From an uncultured Candidatus Saccharibacteria bacterium (GTDB taxonomy: Bacteria > Patescibacteriota > Saccharimonadia > Saccharimonadales > UBA10212): DNA of 54,013 nt. The notes below the pieces were generated by a model, which saw only the letters and a program-made list of their open reading frames with translations, ran no database searches and was not told the origin of the DNA. Numbering within the stretch: the first letter of the stretch is position 1; every line of letters begins with the position of its first letter. The DNA lies in assembly GCA_964514575.1 (NCBI GenBank), contig CAZETJ010000001.1:1-54013 (forward strand). Reading direction: 5' to 3'. Positions 45,774 to 54,013 of the stretch are shown in pieces. Made by a program: the position numbers and the translations under genes.

Positions 45774-46241
45774 ATGGCTCGAGGCAGCCAACAACAAGAC
45801 GATCTTTTGATGGGCGATGATATTACCGCCGCTTTTTTGAGTGAAGACGAAGTTACCGAGGAACCAGCAACAGCAGCAGCAGCCGCTGAAGATCAGTGGG
45901 ACGAGGACGAACCGGTAGCCGGTCAATTGGCTGTCGATGTTTATGAAACTAAGGAAAAGCTAGTCGTAAAAGGCCGCGTAGCTGGCGTTAATAAGAGTGA
46001 GCTAGACGTGTCTATTAGCGACAATACGCTGACAATCAAAGGTACTTTGAGCGCCGGCAACGAAGATAATGTTGAAAATTATTTCCTGCAGGAATGCTAT
46101 TGGGGCGAATTTAGCCGCTCGATTGTTCTGCCAGTACCGGTTAAGGAAGATGAGATTGAAGCCGTGCTAAAAGACGGCGTACTGAGCGTCAGTTTTGCTA
46201 AGCAAAAACAAGACACGGTCAAGAAAATCCAGGTTCTTTAG
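45774..46241 (+). CDS. Small heat-shock protein Hsp20 with acidic N-terminus
   Basis: VDVYET, GV.K.ELDV, E.YWGEFSRSI.LP, A.LKDGVL. Confidence 0.95.
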   Translation: MARGSQQQDDLLMGDDITAAFLSEDEVTEEPATAAAAAEDQWDEDEPVAGQLAVDVYETKEKLVVKGRVAGVNKSELDVSISDNTLTIKGTLSAGNEDNVENYFLQECYWGEFSRSIVLPVPVKEDEIEAVLKDGVLSVSFAKQKQDTVKKIQVL

Positions 46242-46256
46242 AAGCTATTAGCTAAT

Positions 46257-46292
46257 AACAAAACGCTCCGATTTGCTCGGAGCGTTTTTGTT
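46257..46292. terminator. Bidirectional intrinsic terminator
   Basis: AAAACGCTCCGA-TTTGC-TCGGAGCGTTTT with T-runs on both strands, between convergent hsp20 and the pilin array. Confidence 0.85.
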
Positions 46293-46307
46293 TATCTGCA
46301 TTCAAAT

Positions 46308-46721
46308 CTACGAACTGGAAACTTTTTGAAGCGTGAAGTGGACCAGAATCTGAGCCATCGCCACAATAATTAAACCGATGATGGCGTACAGGATAGTATT
46401 TTTAGCACTAGTAACACTGGTGTCATTGCCACCGCTGGTAACGTAGCGCAGGCCGCCGACGATGATCATGACCACAGCAATAATGCCGACGACAGCCGAA
46501 AGCAAATTGACCACTTTATGGACAACGTTGTTAATCTTGCCAGTGGCACTAGTATCGTTGCACGATGCCGTGGGATTGTCCGTAAATTCCAAATCAGCAC
46601 CACTGCATAGACCACTATTGATTTGTTGTTGGCCTACCTGGGCCAGGGCTAAGGGCGCTCCCAGGTTTATAACAAGCGTTGAGGCGACAGCTGCGGCAAA
46701 AAAAATTAGGCGCCTGACCAT
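46308..46721 (-). CDS. T4SS pilin (TrbC/VirB2-like) 1
   Basis: Signal peptide, Cys loop, GGLRYVTSGGN..V..AKNTILYAIIGL. Confidence 0.88.
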   Translation of the reverse strand: MVRRLIFFAAAVASTLVINLGAPLALAQVGQQQINSGLCSGADLEFTDNPTASCNDTSATGKINNVVHKVVNLLSAVVGIIAVVMIIVGGLRYVTSGGNDTSVTSAKNTILYAIIGLIIVAMAQILVHFTLQKVSSS

Positions 46722-46757
46722 GCGCCTAATTATATCCCGTATCGGTTAATTTACTAG

Positions 46758-47180
46758 CTACTTGGTCGCCGTAGTCGTATTGTTCAGTACGAAGTGAACA
46801 ATGATTTGAGCCAGTGCTACAACCACTAGACCGATTACAGCATAGAGTATGGTGTTTTTCGCCCCTGTGACTGATTCTTGTTTACCGCCAGAGGTAATGT
46901 AACGTAGACCAGCAACGATGATCATGATGACGGCAATGACACCAACGACAACGGACAATACGTTGATGATAACTGTGATCAAATGGTTAACCGAACCTGT
47001 AGCTTTATTGTCACAGCCACCGGTTGTACCGCCAGTCAGGTCGCCGTTTGAACCACTACATAGGTTGCCGTTTATGTCAGTTTGGTCAAGTGCAGACACT
47101 CCGCCCGCAACAACCATTGGCGCAGCTAGGATGACAAATGAACTGAGGGATAGAAGTAACAGTTTTAGTTTCTTGATCAT
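46758..47180 (-). CDS. T4SS pilin 2
   Basis: AGLRYITSGG..E.V..AKNTILYAVIGL. Confidence 0.88.
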   Translation of the reverse strand: MIKKLKLLLLSLSSFVILAAPMVVAGGVSALDQTDINGNLCSGSNGDLTGGTTGGCDNKATGSVNHLITVIINVLSVVVGVIAVIMIIVAGLRYITSGGKQESVTGAKNTILYAVIGLVVVALAQIIVHFVLNNTTTATK

Positions 47181-47485
47181 TAATGGATCCTTTTGTTTAT
47201 AGCTATACGATATACAGTGCTTATGGTTTAGTCAACCCCTTAAAATAAAGCATTTATCGGTAGGAGCAGGAGCTACTTGGTCGCCGTGCTCGTATTGTTC
47301 AGTACGAAGTGGACAATGATTTGAGCCAGTGCGACAACCACTAGACCGATTACAGCATAGAGTATGGTGTTTTTCGCCCCTGTGACTGATTCTTGTTTAC
47401 CGCCAGAGGTTATGTAACGTAGACCGGCAACGATGATCATGATGACGGCAATAACGCCGACGACAACGGACAAGACGTTGATGAT
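46758..47485. repeat. 213-nt direct repeat (46758-46970 and 47273-47485) encoding the C-terminal cores of pilins 2 and 3
   Basis: Hand alignment: 10 mismatches, 8 synonymous, one Thr/Ser codon. Confidence 0.95.
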
Positions 47486-47695
47486 GTCGCCGATGGTTTT
47501 ATTTAATGAGTTCGCCGCAGCGGTAGAGTTCTGAGGTGTATTAGTGCCATTGTTTGCTCCGCATTGGAGAGCTTCTTTGGCCGAGGCAGGGTTAGCACAG
47601 TCCGCCAAGGCCACCGACGCACCAAAACCAGCAACAGCGATGGCCATCGTCAGACCTAAGAAAATCGCCGCAAGTTTTTGCTTCATACTTTTCAT
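47273..47695 (-). CDS. T4SS pilin 3
   Basis: Same core as pilin 2, different N-terminus. Confidence 0.88.
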   Translation of the reverse strand: MKSMKQKLAAIFLGLTMAIAVAGFGASVALADCANPASAKEALQCGANNGTNTPQNSTAAANSLNKTIGDIINVLSVVVGVIAVIMIIVAGLRYITSGGKQESVTGAKNTILYAVIGLVVVALAQIIVHFVLNNTSTATK

Positions 47696-48111
47696 TGTAT
47701 AAGGTTTTGGACTACAAACGTTACGAATGACCAGGCCAGAGCCACAACAATCAAGCCGATGATAGAGGCCTGCAAAATAGCGCGGGCTTTTTTGACGCGT
47801 TCGGGGTTGCCGCCGCTAGTAGTCATGACCAAGCCGCTGCCGATGATCATACCGACGGCCACCAGGCCGGTAAGTAGAGCCATGATGTTGGACACAGTTT
47901 GCAGGACATTGTTGATCGGGTTTTTGTTGGAGCCATACTGCTGCGCATCTTCTTTGCAGATAGCGCTGCCAGGCGTATTGGCGCAGGGACCGGTTGTACA
48001 GACCCCGCCCTCGTATTTTGAACAGAGAGGACTATAGGCGAAAGCCGAGGAAGATAAGCCAATTAACACAAGGCTGACAAGACCGACTAGAAATAAAATA
48101 ATTTTTGACAT
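47692..48111 (-). CDS. T4SS pilin 4
   Basis: Four-Cys N-terminus; SGGNPERVKKAR..L...IIGL. Confidence 0.85.
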   Translation of the reverse strand: MSKIILFLVGLVSLVLIGLSSSAFAYSPLCSKYEGGVCTTGPCANTPGSAICKEDAQQYGSNKNPINNVLQTVSNIMALLTGLVAVGMIIGSGLVMTTSGGNPERVKKARAILQASIIGLIVVALAWSFVTFVVQNLIQ

Positions 48112-48113
48112 GG

Positions 48114-48401
48114 CTAGGTTTGGCCCAACACTGTGTTAACAATTGTGGCCGCCATGGCCGAGACTATCAGTCCAATGGCCGTGTAAATTATCATGCGCCG
48201 CGCAGTCGCCATTTGATTCGGATCACCGGCGGAAACCGTATAGCGGAACCCAGCAATGACCATCATCATTAGCGAAATGGCACCGATTATGACAAATAGC
48301 AGGGTGAGCGCTTTCTGCAAGGTCGCGCTGGTAGCCGGGGTAGTTGGCAGATTATCTTGGTTTGGGGTAATTAAATTTAGCGCGGCAAGAAATATACTCA
48401 T
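48114..48401 (-). CDS. T4SS pilin 5 (short)
   Basis: AGFRY..SAGDP.....AR..IIY..IGL. Confidence 0.85.
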   Translation of the reverse strand: MSIFLAALNLITPNQDNLPTTPATSATLQKALTLLFVIIGAISLMMMVIAGFRYTVSAGDPNQMATARRMIIYTAIGLIVSAMAATIVNTVLGQT

Positions 48402-48808
48402 CCTAGTGTCTTTCCGATAAATGATACCGCAGCGGTAGCTACCAAGACTATGGCTAGACCGACCAGTGAGTTGATAATTCGTTTGCGAGCAGCCGCACCT
48501 TTTTCGGGATTACCAGCTGCGATTATGTATTCAATGCCGGCGATAATAATAGAGATGACTGCTAAAAAGCCGGCGACTCTGATTAGCATATCGAGTACCG
48601 CCAGACCGATCGCCCAAGCGTCTCCCGGCAACTGTGCGGTAGGCGCGCATTGCCCGGTCGCATCGATTGAACCATTCTTGAGGTATTCCCACCAATGCGG
48701 TATAAAATTGAAGAATTGTCCCTGAGAGGACGGATTGCAATGCGTGCTGAAGGTCGAGGGAATAGTCGCGGCAAAAAATGATCCTAGTTTGGCTAAATAA
48801 AACATCAT
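48398..48808 (-). CDS. T4SS pilin 6
   Basis: AGIEYI.AAGNPEK.A.ARKRI.N.LVGL; start 48808 overlaps the pilin 7 stop (ATGA). Confidence 0.83.
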   Translation of the reverse strand: MMFYLAKLGSFFAATIPSTFSTHCNPSSQGQFFNFIPHWWEYLKNGSIDATGQCAPTAQLPGDAWAIGLAVLDMLIRVAGFLAVISIIIAGIEYIIAAGNPEKGAAARKRIINSLVGLAIVLVATAAVSFIGKTLG

Positions 48809-49185
48809 CCGAAGACGCCTCCGGGCACCAGCCATTGGACAAACGACCAGATTAAGAAGAAGGTTACCAGCGCTATCACACTATTGGTTATACGTTTTCG
48901 GGCGTCAGCTGCAGCTTGCGGGTTGCCGCCAGCCATTATGTACTGTATACCGCCAAAAATTATATTGCCTATGACAACTATGCCGACAACTCCGCCGACC
49001 AGGGTTACGAGATCATTCAACTTTGTAGTGATTGGATTTTTATGCAACTGATCGGAAACTTGGGTCGGAGTAGGCAAGTTAACTTGATTGGGCCCGGTCG
49101 CGGCCAGCGCCACAATCGGCGTAGTAATTATAGCCAGAGTACTTAAAAAGATACTTATTACCAGAAGGTTTTTTATTTTTGGCAT
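48805..49185 (-). CDS. T4SS pilin 7
   Basis: GGIQYI.AGGNPQ....ARKRITN.VI.L. Confidence 0.85.
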   Translation of the reverse strand: MPKIKNLLVISIFLSTLAIITTPIVALAATGPNQVNLPTPTQVSDQLHKNPITTKLNDLVTLVGGVVGIVVIGNIIFGGIQYIMAGGNPQAAADARKRITNSVIALVTFFLIWSFVQWLVPGGVFG

Positions 49186-49285
49186 AGTGGCTATTTGGCC
49201 TTGAAACTTAGTCTTTCTGAGTGCAAGTTTACCCTGTTTTAAGCATAAAAGCTATGGTATAGTCAACCTGAATAGGCTGACCAAA

Positions 49286-52200
49286 ATGAAAACCCTAAAA
49301 AGATTAGCATTGGGCATGGCCGCACTGACGGTTTTTTTACCGATATTTTTCGGGTTTGTGCCAACAGTAAAAGCAGCCGGCGGCCCCAGCGCCCCACCGC
49401 CAACAACCTCGTCTAACCCCATACCAACACAGTCGGACTATTGGAAGATCTGTGCTCTAAAGGTTGTTTACCCTAATGCCCAGGGCAATGGTACAGATAT
49501 TTGTAGCCTAACAGATACGAGTAGCGATGGTTCGGCCAGTTTTATTTATGGATCATCGCCGGCTAATGCTTTGACCGAAGCCATATATGATACTAAATAT
49601 GGGGCGAATCCGCCTACAACCATTAACCTAAAAAATCCGGACGGTGTTGATGACCTAACCGGGGGTTCATCTACCCAGGAGACGCTGGCGTGGAACAACG
49701 TCGGTTACACTAATAGCTCTTATACCGTGTCTGGCACGCTTAATGGTACCCCCCAGAGCGTAAAATTTTACGTCTTTCAACCCGGGCTAGGCGCGCCGAA
49801 TTACAAAAACTACTCGCTTTTAGTATCTATAAACTCCGATAAATCATTGCATGTCTTGGCGATGGTTTACAACGTACCGACCAACAATCAGGTGGTAGCG
49901 GCCCCGATCGATAAAGTAGCTGTTGGGATAACATCGTCGGGTGCGTTATGTACTTCGGCTTCGGAAGCTAGCTGTGGCCCTGCCTCGATTTATTCAGCAA
50001 CAGTTAATAACCCGACCTCCGCTTGTGTAACACAGAGCAACATGGGTTTGGAGTGGCTTCTTTGTCCGTTGGTTGATGATTTCGATAAGGCTGCTGACCG
50101 TATAAATGGACTAATAGAAACTCAACTCAACTTTAACGTTAGCCAAAACCTGCCGGACAACGGGCCGGTACATTTTGCCTGGTCAATAATTAAAGATATC
50201 GCATCAAGTCTGGTGGTACTCCTGCTACTGGTTATGGTTATTGCCCAGGCCTTTGGTGGTGGACCATTCGAGGCTTACACGATCCGTAAAATGCTGCCCA
50301 AGTTGGTTGTTGCGGTCATAGCCATGCAGCTATCTTGGGATATTTGTAAATATTTGATCGATCTAGCCAACAGCGTGGGGCAGGGGGTTGCGTCAATACT
50401 AACCTTGCCCTTTAACAACAGCCCCGGGGCTCTGACGCTTAATGGAATACTTACAAAACTGGCCCCCAGTAACTTTCAGGCTGCGCAGGCGGCTCTGCCA
50501 ATCACCTTTATTATCCTGGGGTTCATTGGCTTGGTGGCACTTCCGACAACCATGGTGCTGCTGTTCAGCCTGCTGGTCGGCGTCTTCGCGGCGCTGATGG
50601 TCCTACTTTTCCGGAATGTTCTAATTGTGGCCCTGGTGTTGTTCTCGTCGTTGGCCTTTTTGGCCTGGACCATGAACGGCACGCAAAACCTATGGAAAAC
50701 CTGGAGAAGCAATTTTGGCAAATTATTGATGCTGTTCCCGGTGGTTATTTCCATCATCTACGTCGGGCGTATCTTTGCCTGGATAGCTGCCGGAGCCTCT
50801 GGTGACAGCATCATCAAATGGATAACCGTAGTCATCGCCTACTTCGGTCCATACTTCATCATCTTTAAGGCCTATAAGTGGGGAGGTGGACTATTGAGCG
50901 CAGCCGGCAATGGTATTAATAATGCCAGTAACCGAATCAATAAGGGTTCGGAGCAGACTATTCGTGGGATCGGCGAACGATATCAGGGCAAAAGAGCAAA
51001 AATGTATGATCCCAATGCCGGTTTGGGCTCTAGGACACTACGTCGGATTCAGTCGGGCCATGTAATACCTTTCTCTAAACGATCCCAGCGGCTAGCCATT
51101 GCCGCGGGTGATAAGTGGCAAAACGAACGCGATGAAGAAGCCTTAGCCCTTATTAATCGGAAGGGCGAAGGAGCCCGTCGTGATGGTTATGACATTACCC
51201 GCAGAGATAAACAGGGCCGAGTACAGAAGTATAAGCTCGAGAATGGGCACATGGTAGATAAGCAGGGCCGCGTGACAACTGACGCAGATAAGGCCGTTAC
51301 GGAGGATGCGAATCCGGGCGATCAATTAGCCACAAAACATTTGACTGGCGTAGCGGCAATGAAGCAGATGTGGGTTGACTTAGCAGAGGATGGGCGTGAC
51401 GTCCATGAAAAGAAAATGGCTGTCAGACAGCTACTAGCCACTAGCTCCTGGCCTGAAATTCAAGGATCCTTTACGCGAAGCGGCAAGAAAGTTTTTGATA
51501 CTGATATCTGGAACCCAGCTGTTACAGGCAGCCCGGAAGATTATCCAAAGGTTTTGCGTAGTCGGGTTGACGCAACTCCACATATTCTAGATTCTGCAGA
51601 CAAGGCTTTGGTCTCCAAGAACGCAGAGCTTAGGCAATCCGGGAAAGCTTCTCTGTCCGAACTGGATGCCAGAGAATTCAAGGCAGCCTACCGAATGAAT
51701 TATGCCCTCGATAAACAAATGAGCAACGAAGACTTTGCTACTCAGTCCGATGGCTTCTGGGAAGAGGCCGCTCGGCTAGCCAGCCTACGCGACCCCGTAA
51801 CTGGCCAGCTGACAGAAGAAGCTCGCAGTATTCGTCGCAATCTAAGGGCCCGCCTAAAGTCAATCCATGATATTGGTGGAACTGCTCCTCAACAATTGCT
51901 GGGGCACCTGCAAAACGGCGGAGATCTGCAGACTAGTGTGGAAACAGCGCTCGGCGTTTCTAAAGGAAGACTCAGCGCTTATACTGACCCTCGCACAGAA
52001 GTACTCGAAAATTATCCGGTCGTTATTGACGAAAAGGTAGAGCCCGTAACCACGGCGGAAAGGGCTTCGCAAATCTATACTGCCGGGAATCCCGCGGGCG
52101 GATCTAGAACAAGGCGAGTCACTAGAGAAAACCTACATAACATGTCAGAGGAAAATGCTATTGACTGGGTCCGGTCCCAGGAGGGATATCAGAGCCTATC

Positions 52201-52447
52201 CAATGAGGACCTGGTCGCCCTATACAACTCTAGGTCTCGCCTTCCAGGCAGTGCGGTTCAGCAAGCTGCCAGACAGGAATTGAGAAGGCGAGGCGTACTA
52301 AATCCCGAGGACAGTACGACGCTTAACATACCTCACAGTGAGAACATTGTTCTGCCTGGAGAGCGTGGTTTTGAGCCCCCTGATTCCAGTCAGCTACCCG
52401 GTGGACCAAATTTTAATAATCCAAATCGGCCTGGAGGCGCCCGATGA
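49286..52447 (+). CDS. Large VirB6/TrbL-like polytopic membrane protein
   Basis: Signal peptide, ~220-aa extracellular domain, WL.CP, W...K.IA, LPKLVVAVI, W..W...F.KLL..FP, long charged C-terminus; between pilins and PrgI. Family call is by context. Confidence 0.75.
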   Translation: MKTLKRLALGMAALTVFLPIFFGFVPTVKAAGGPSAPPPTTSSNPIPTQSDYWKICALKVVYPNAQGNGTDICSLTDTSSDGSASFIYGSSPANALTEAIYDTKYGANPPTTINLKNPDGVDDLTGGSSTQETLAWNNVGYTNSSYTVSGTLNGTPQSVKFYVFQPGLGAPNYKNYSLLVSINSDKSLHVLAMVYNVPTNNQVVAAPIDKVAVGITSSGALCTSASEASCGPASIYSATVNNPTSACVTQSNMGLEWLLCPLVDDFDKAADRINGLIETQLNFNVSQNLPDNGPVHFAWSIIKDIASSLVVLLLLVMVIAQAFGGGPFEAYTIRKMLPKLVVAVIAMQLSWDICKYLIDLANSVGQGVASILTLPFNNSPGALTLNGILTKLAPSNFQAAQAALPITFIILGFIGLVALPTTMVLLFSLLVGVFAALMVLLFRNVLIVALVLFSSLAFLAWTMNGTQNLWKTWRSNFGKLLMLFPVVISIIYVGRIFAWIAAGASGDSIIKWITVVIAYFGPYFIIFKAYKWGGGLLSAAGNGINNASNRINKGSEQTIRGIGERYQGKRAKMYDPNAGLGSRTLRRIQSGHVIPFSKRSQRLAIAAGDKWQNERDEEALALINRKGEGARRDGYDITRRDKQGRVQKYKLENGHMVDKQGRVTTDADKAVTEDANPGDQLATKHLTGVAAMKQMWVDLAEDGRDVHEKKMAVRQLLATSSWPEIQGSFTRSGKKVFDTDIWNPAVTGSPEDYPKVLRSRVDATPHILDSADKALVSKNAELRQSGKASLSELDAREFKAAYRMNYALDKQMSNEDFATQSDGFWEEAARLASLRDPVTGQLTEEARSIRRNLRARLKSIHDIGGTAPQQLLGHLQNGGDLQTSVETALGVSKGRLSAYTDPRTEVLENYPVVIDEKVEPVTTAERASQIYTAGNPAGGSRTRRVTRENLHNMSEENAIDWVRSQEGYQSLSNEDLVALYNSRSRLPGSAVQQAARQELRRRGVLNPEDSTTLNIPHSENIVLPGERGFEPPDSSQLPGGPNFNNPNRPGGAR

Positions 52448-52484
52448 TTGCGCTTGAGATTTTTCTAAAAGATAATGGTTAAAG

Positions 52485-53441
52485 ATGGCTGTATATAAAG
52501 TAATTCAAGATATCGAGGCCGAAGATAAAATTGTCGGTCCCTTAAGTCTTAAAGGTTTCGTCTATGCAGCCGCCGCCGGTGTTTTAGCCTTTGTTAGTAT
52601 CCGCTTACTAATTAGCGGGTTGCCGTGGTTTATAAAGCTTATTTTTATAGTAGCTTTTTTGCCGCCAATGTTATTATTCGGCGTTCTGGCAAGCCCACTG
52701 GGTCGCGAACAGCCGACCGAGGTCTGGCTACTATCACGAATCCGGTTCCTTCTGAAGCCTCGTGAACGTATTTGGGATCAAGCCGGTACTAAACAGCTTG
52801 TTACTATAACCGCTCCAAAGCGCCCAGAACAGATGCTAACCAAAAACTTGAGCCAGACTGAAGTTGCCAGCCGCTTGCAATCTCTAGCTAGTACACTGGA
52901 CAGTCGTGGTTGGGCCGGTAAAAATACGTCTATAAACTTGGGTGCTCAACCTAGTTATCTTGACACTCAGGTCGACGACGATCGCCTGAGCACCGCAACC
53001 GTTAGCGAAGCGGCTCAACCGGTACTGGATGTTCGTCCGTCGGACGATATCCTAGACGAGCAGAATAACCCGGCCGCTCAAACCATGGTGGCGCTAGTTG
53101 AGCAAAAAGAAGCAGAGCGTAAACAGGCTCTGATTGACCAAATGAACGCCACCCGAGATGAAACCGACCGTCAGACTTCTGTCAGAAATAAGTCCGAGGC
53201 TGGCAACGAATTGACCGAGGATGAGGAAAAGTTGCTAAACCAACTCCACGCCCGCGACGCCGCCTTTTCCCACCCTCAAATTATCCGAGCCGGAGCAACC
53301 GACATGCCGGTGACAGGCAATTCCCAAACTGTTAAACTGGAGCTAGCCCAAAGTGGTAATGATTTAAGCGTGGCAAGTATTGCTCGTCTCGTCAACCGAA
53401 GCGCATCGAGCTTTCCTGGCGAGGTCGAAATCCCGCTTTAG
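52485..53441 (+). CDS. PrgI-family (VirB3-like) protein
   Basis: YKV.QDIEAEDKIVGPLSL..F, 2 TMs, QP.E.WL...I.F..KP..R.W. Confidence 0.85.
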   Translation: MAVYKVIQDIEAEDKIVGPLSLKGFVYAAAAGVLAFVSIRLLISGLPWFIKLIFIVAFLPPMLLFGVLASPLGREQPTEVWLLSRIRFLLKPRERIWDQAGTKQLVTITAPKRPEQMLTKNLSQTEVASRLQSLASTLDSRGWAGKNTSINLGAQPSYLDTQVDDDRLSTATVSEAAQPVLDVRPSDDILDEQNNPAAQTMVALVEQKEAERKQALIDQMNATRDETDRQTSVRNKSEAGNELTEDEEKLLNQLHARDAAFSHPQIIRAGATDMPVTGNSQTVKLELAQSGNDLSVASIARLVNRSASSFPGEVEIPL

Positions 53442-53470
53442 ATCATTAACCGAGGGGGTGGCTAAACAGT

Positions 53471-54013
53471 ATGGACGAGGGCAAAACACAAAGTCTTAAT
53501 ACCCAAGAACCGGTTCCAACACCCGGCTCATTGGCTGCACCGACTACATCGGCGACAGCTAGTTCGAATGTGGGTAAAGTTATCGCCCAGCAGAACAGCG
53601 CCACGAACCCCAACAGCACCCAAAACAGTCTGCTGATAGGTGAAATTCGCGATGGAATTGTGATTATGAATGACGGCACCTTCCGGGCGGTGATTATGTG
53701 CCGCTCGGTTAACTTTGATCTAATGAGTCCCGAAGAACGCGAAGCCGTGGAATATAGTTACCAAGGTTTCTTAAATTCCCTGTATTTTCCAGTTCAGATT
53801 TTTATCCGCAGCCAAAAAGTCGATTTGCGGCCTTATCTTGAACGGCTAGGCAAAATTCGCACAAACATGGATAACATGCTTTTGGGACTTTTGATGGAAG
53901 ACTATATAAGCTTTTTGGCTGATATCGCCTCGGAGACCAACATCATGGATAAGCAATTTTATGTGGTGATCCAGTACCCTGAACCCGACCAGAATTTAAC
54001 TACCGCTTTACGC
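53471..54013 (+). CDS. CPR T4SS-locus protein resembling a VirB4/TraC N-terminal region (runs off the window edge)
   Basis: Hand translation from ATG 53471: STQNSLLIGEIRDGIVIMNDGTFRAVI..RSVNFDLMS.EE.EAV...YQGFLNSL.FPVQI...S; no stop before the end. Confidence 0.78.
   Translation, partial: MDEGKTQSLNTQEPVPTPGSLAAPTTSATASSNVGKVIAQQNSATNPNSTQNSLLIGEIRDGIVIMNDGTFRAVIMCRSVNFDLMSPEEREAVEYSYQGFLNSLYFPVQIFIRSQKVDLRPYLERLGKIRTNMDNMLLGLLMEDYISFLADIASETNIMDKQFYVVIQYPEPDQNLTTALR

Overview
Ordinary chromosomal DNA from a Patescibacteria/CPR genome, most likely Saccharibacteria (TM7). The basis is the TrbC/VirB2-like pilin array with PrgI, archaeal-type PGI/PMI and UPF0200 kinase, dense gene packing and TGA used as stop. 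The backbone is housekeeping: rnj, UDG, pnp, rpsO, truB, rpsT, holA, mutM, polA, rpoD, dnaG, msrB, argS, groESL with a CIRCE box, murE, tsaD, valS, mscL, comF, hsp20. It also holds 5 tRNAs (all four Ser isoacceptors plus an unusual Arg-GCG), a nucleotide/phosphotransfer cluster next to polA, a small redox cluster, and the start of the CPR T4SS-like locus (7 pilins, VirB6-like, PrgI, next gene truncated). I saw no rRNA, CRISPR array or transposase. Most unusual items: (1) a ~630-nt GC-rich insert at 33.56-34.20 kb with an orphan foreign-codon ORF ending LVAA, a tRNA-like T-arm/CCA module and many perfect hairpins; (2) a second RpoD-like sigma factor fused to a LuxR-type HTH directly downstream of rpoD; (3) a 40-aa membrane microprotein that fills the groES-groEL gap exactly; (4) cis-elements at dnaG, pilin and tRNA promoters, plus a widespread leaderless-mRNA signature. 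All family calls come from motif recognition by eye; no database search was run.
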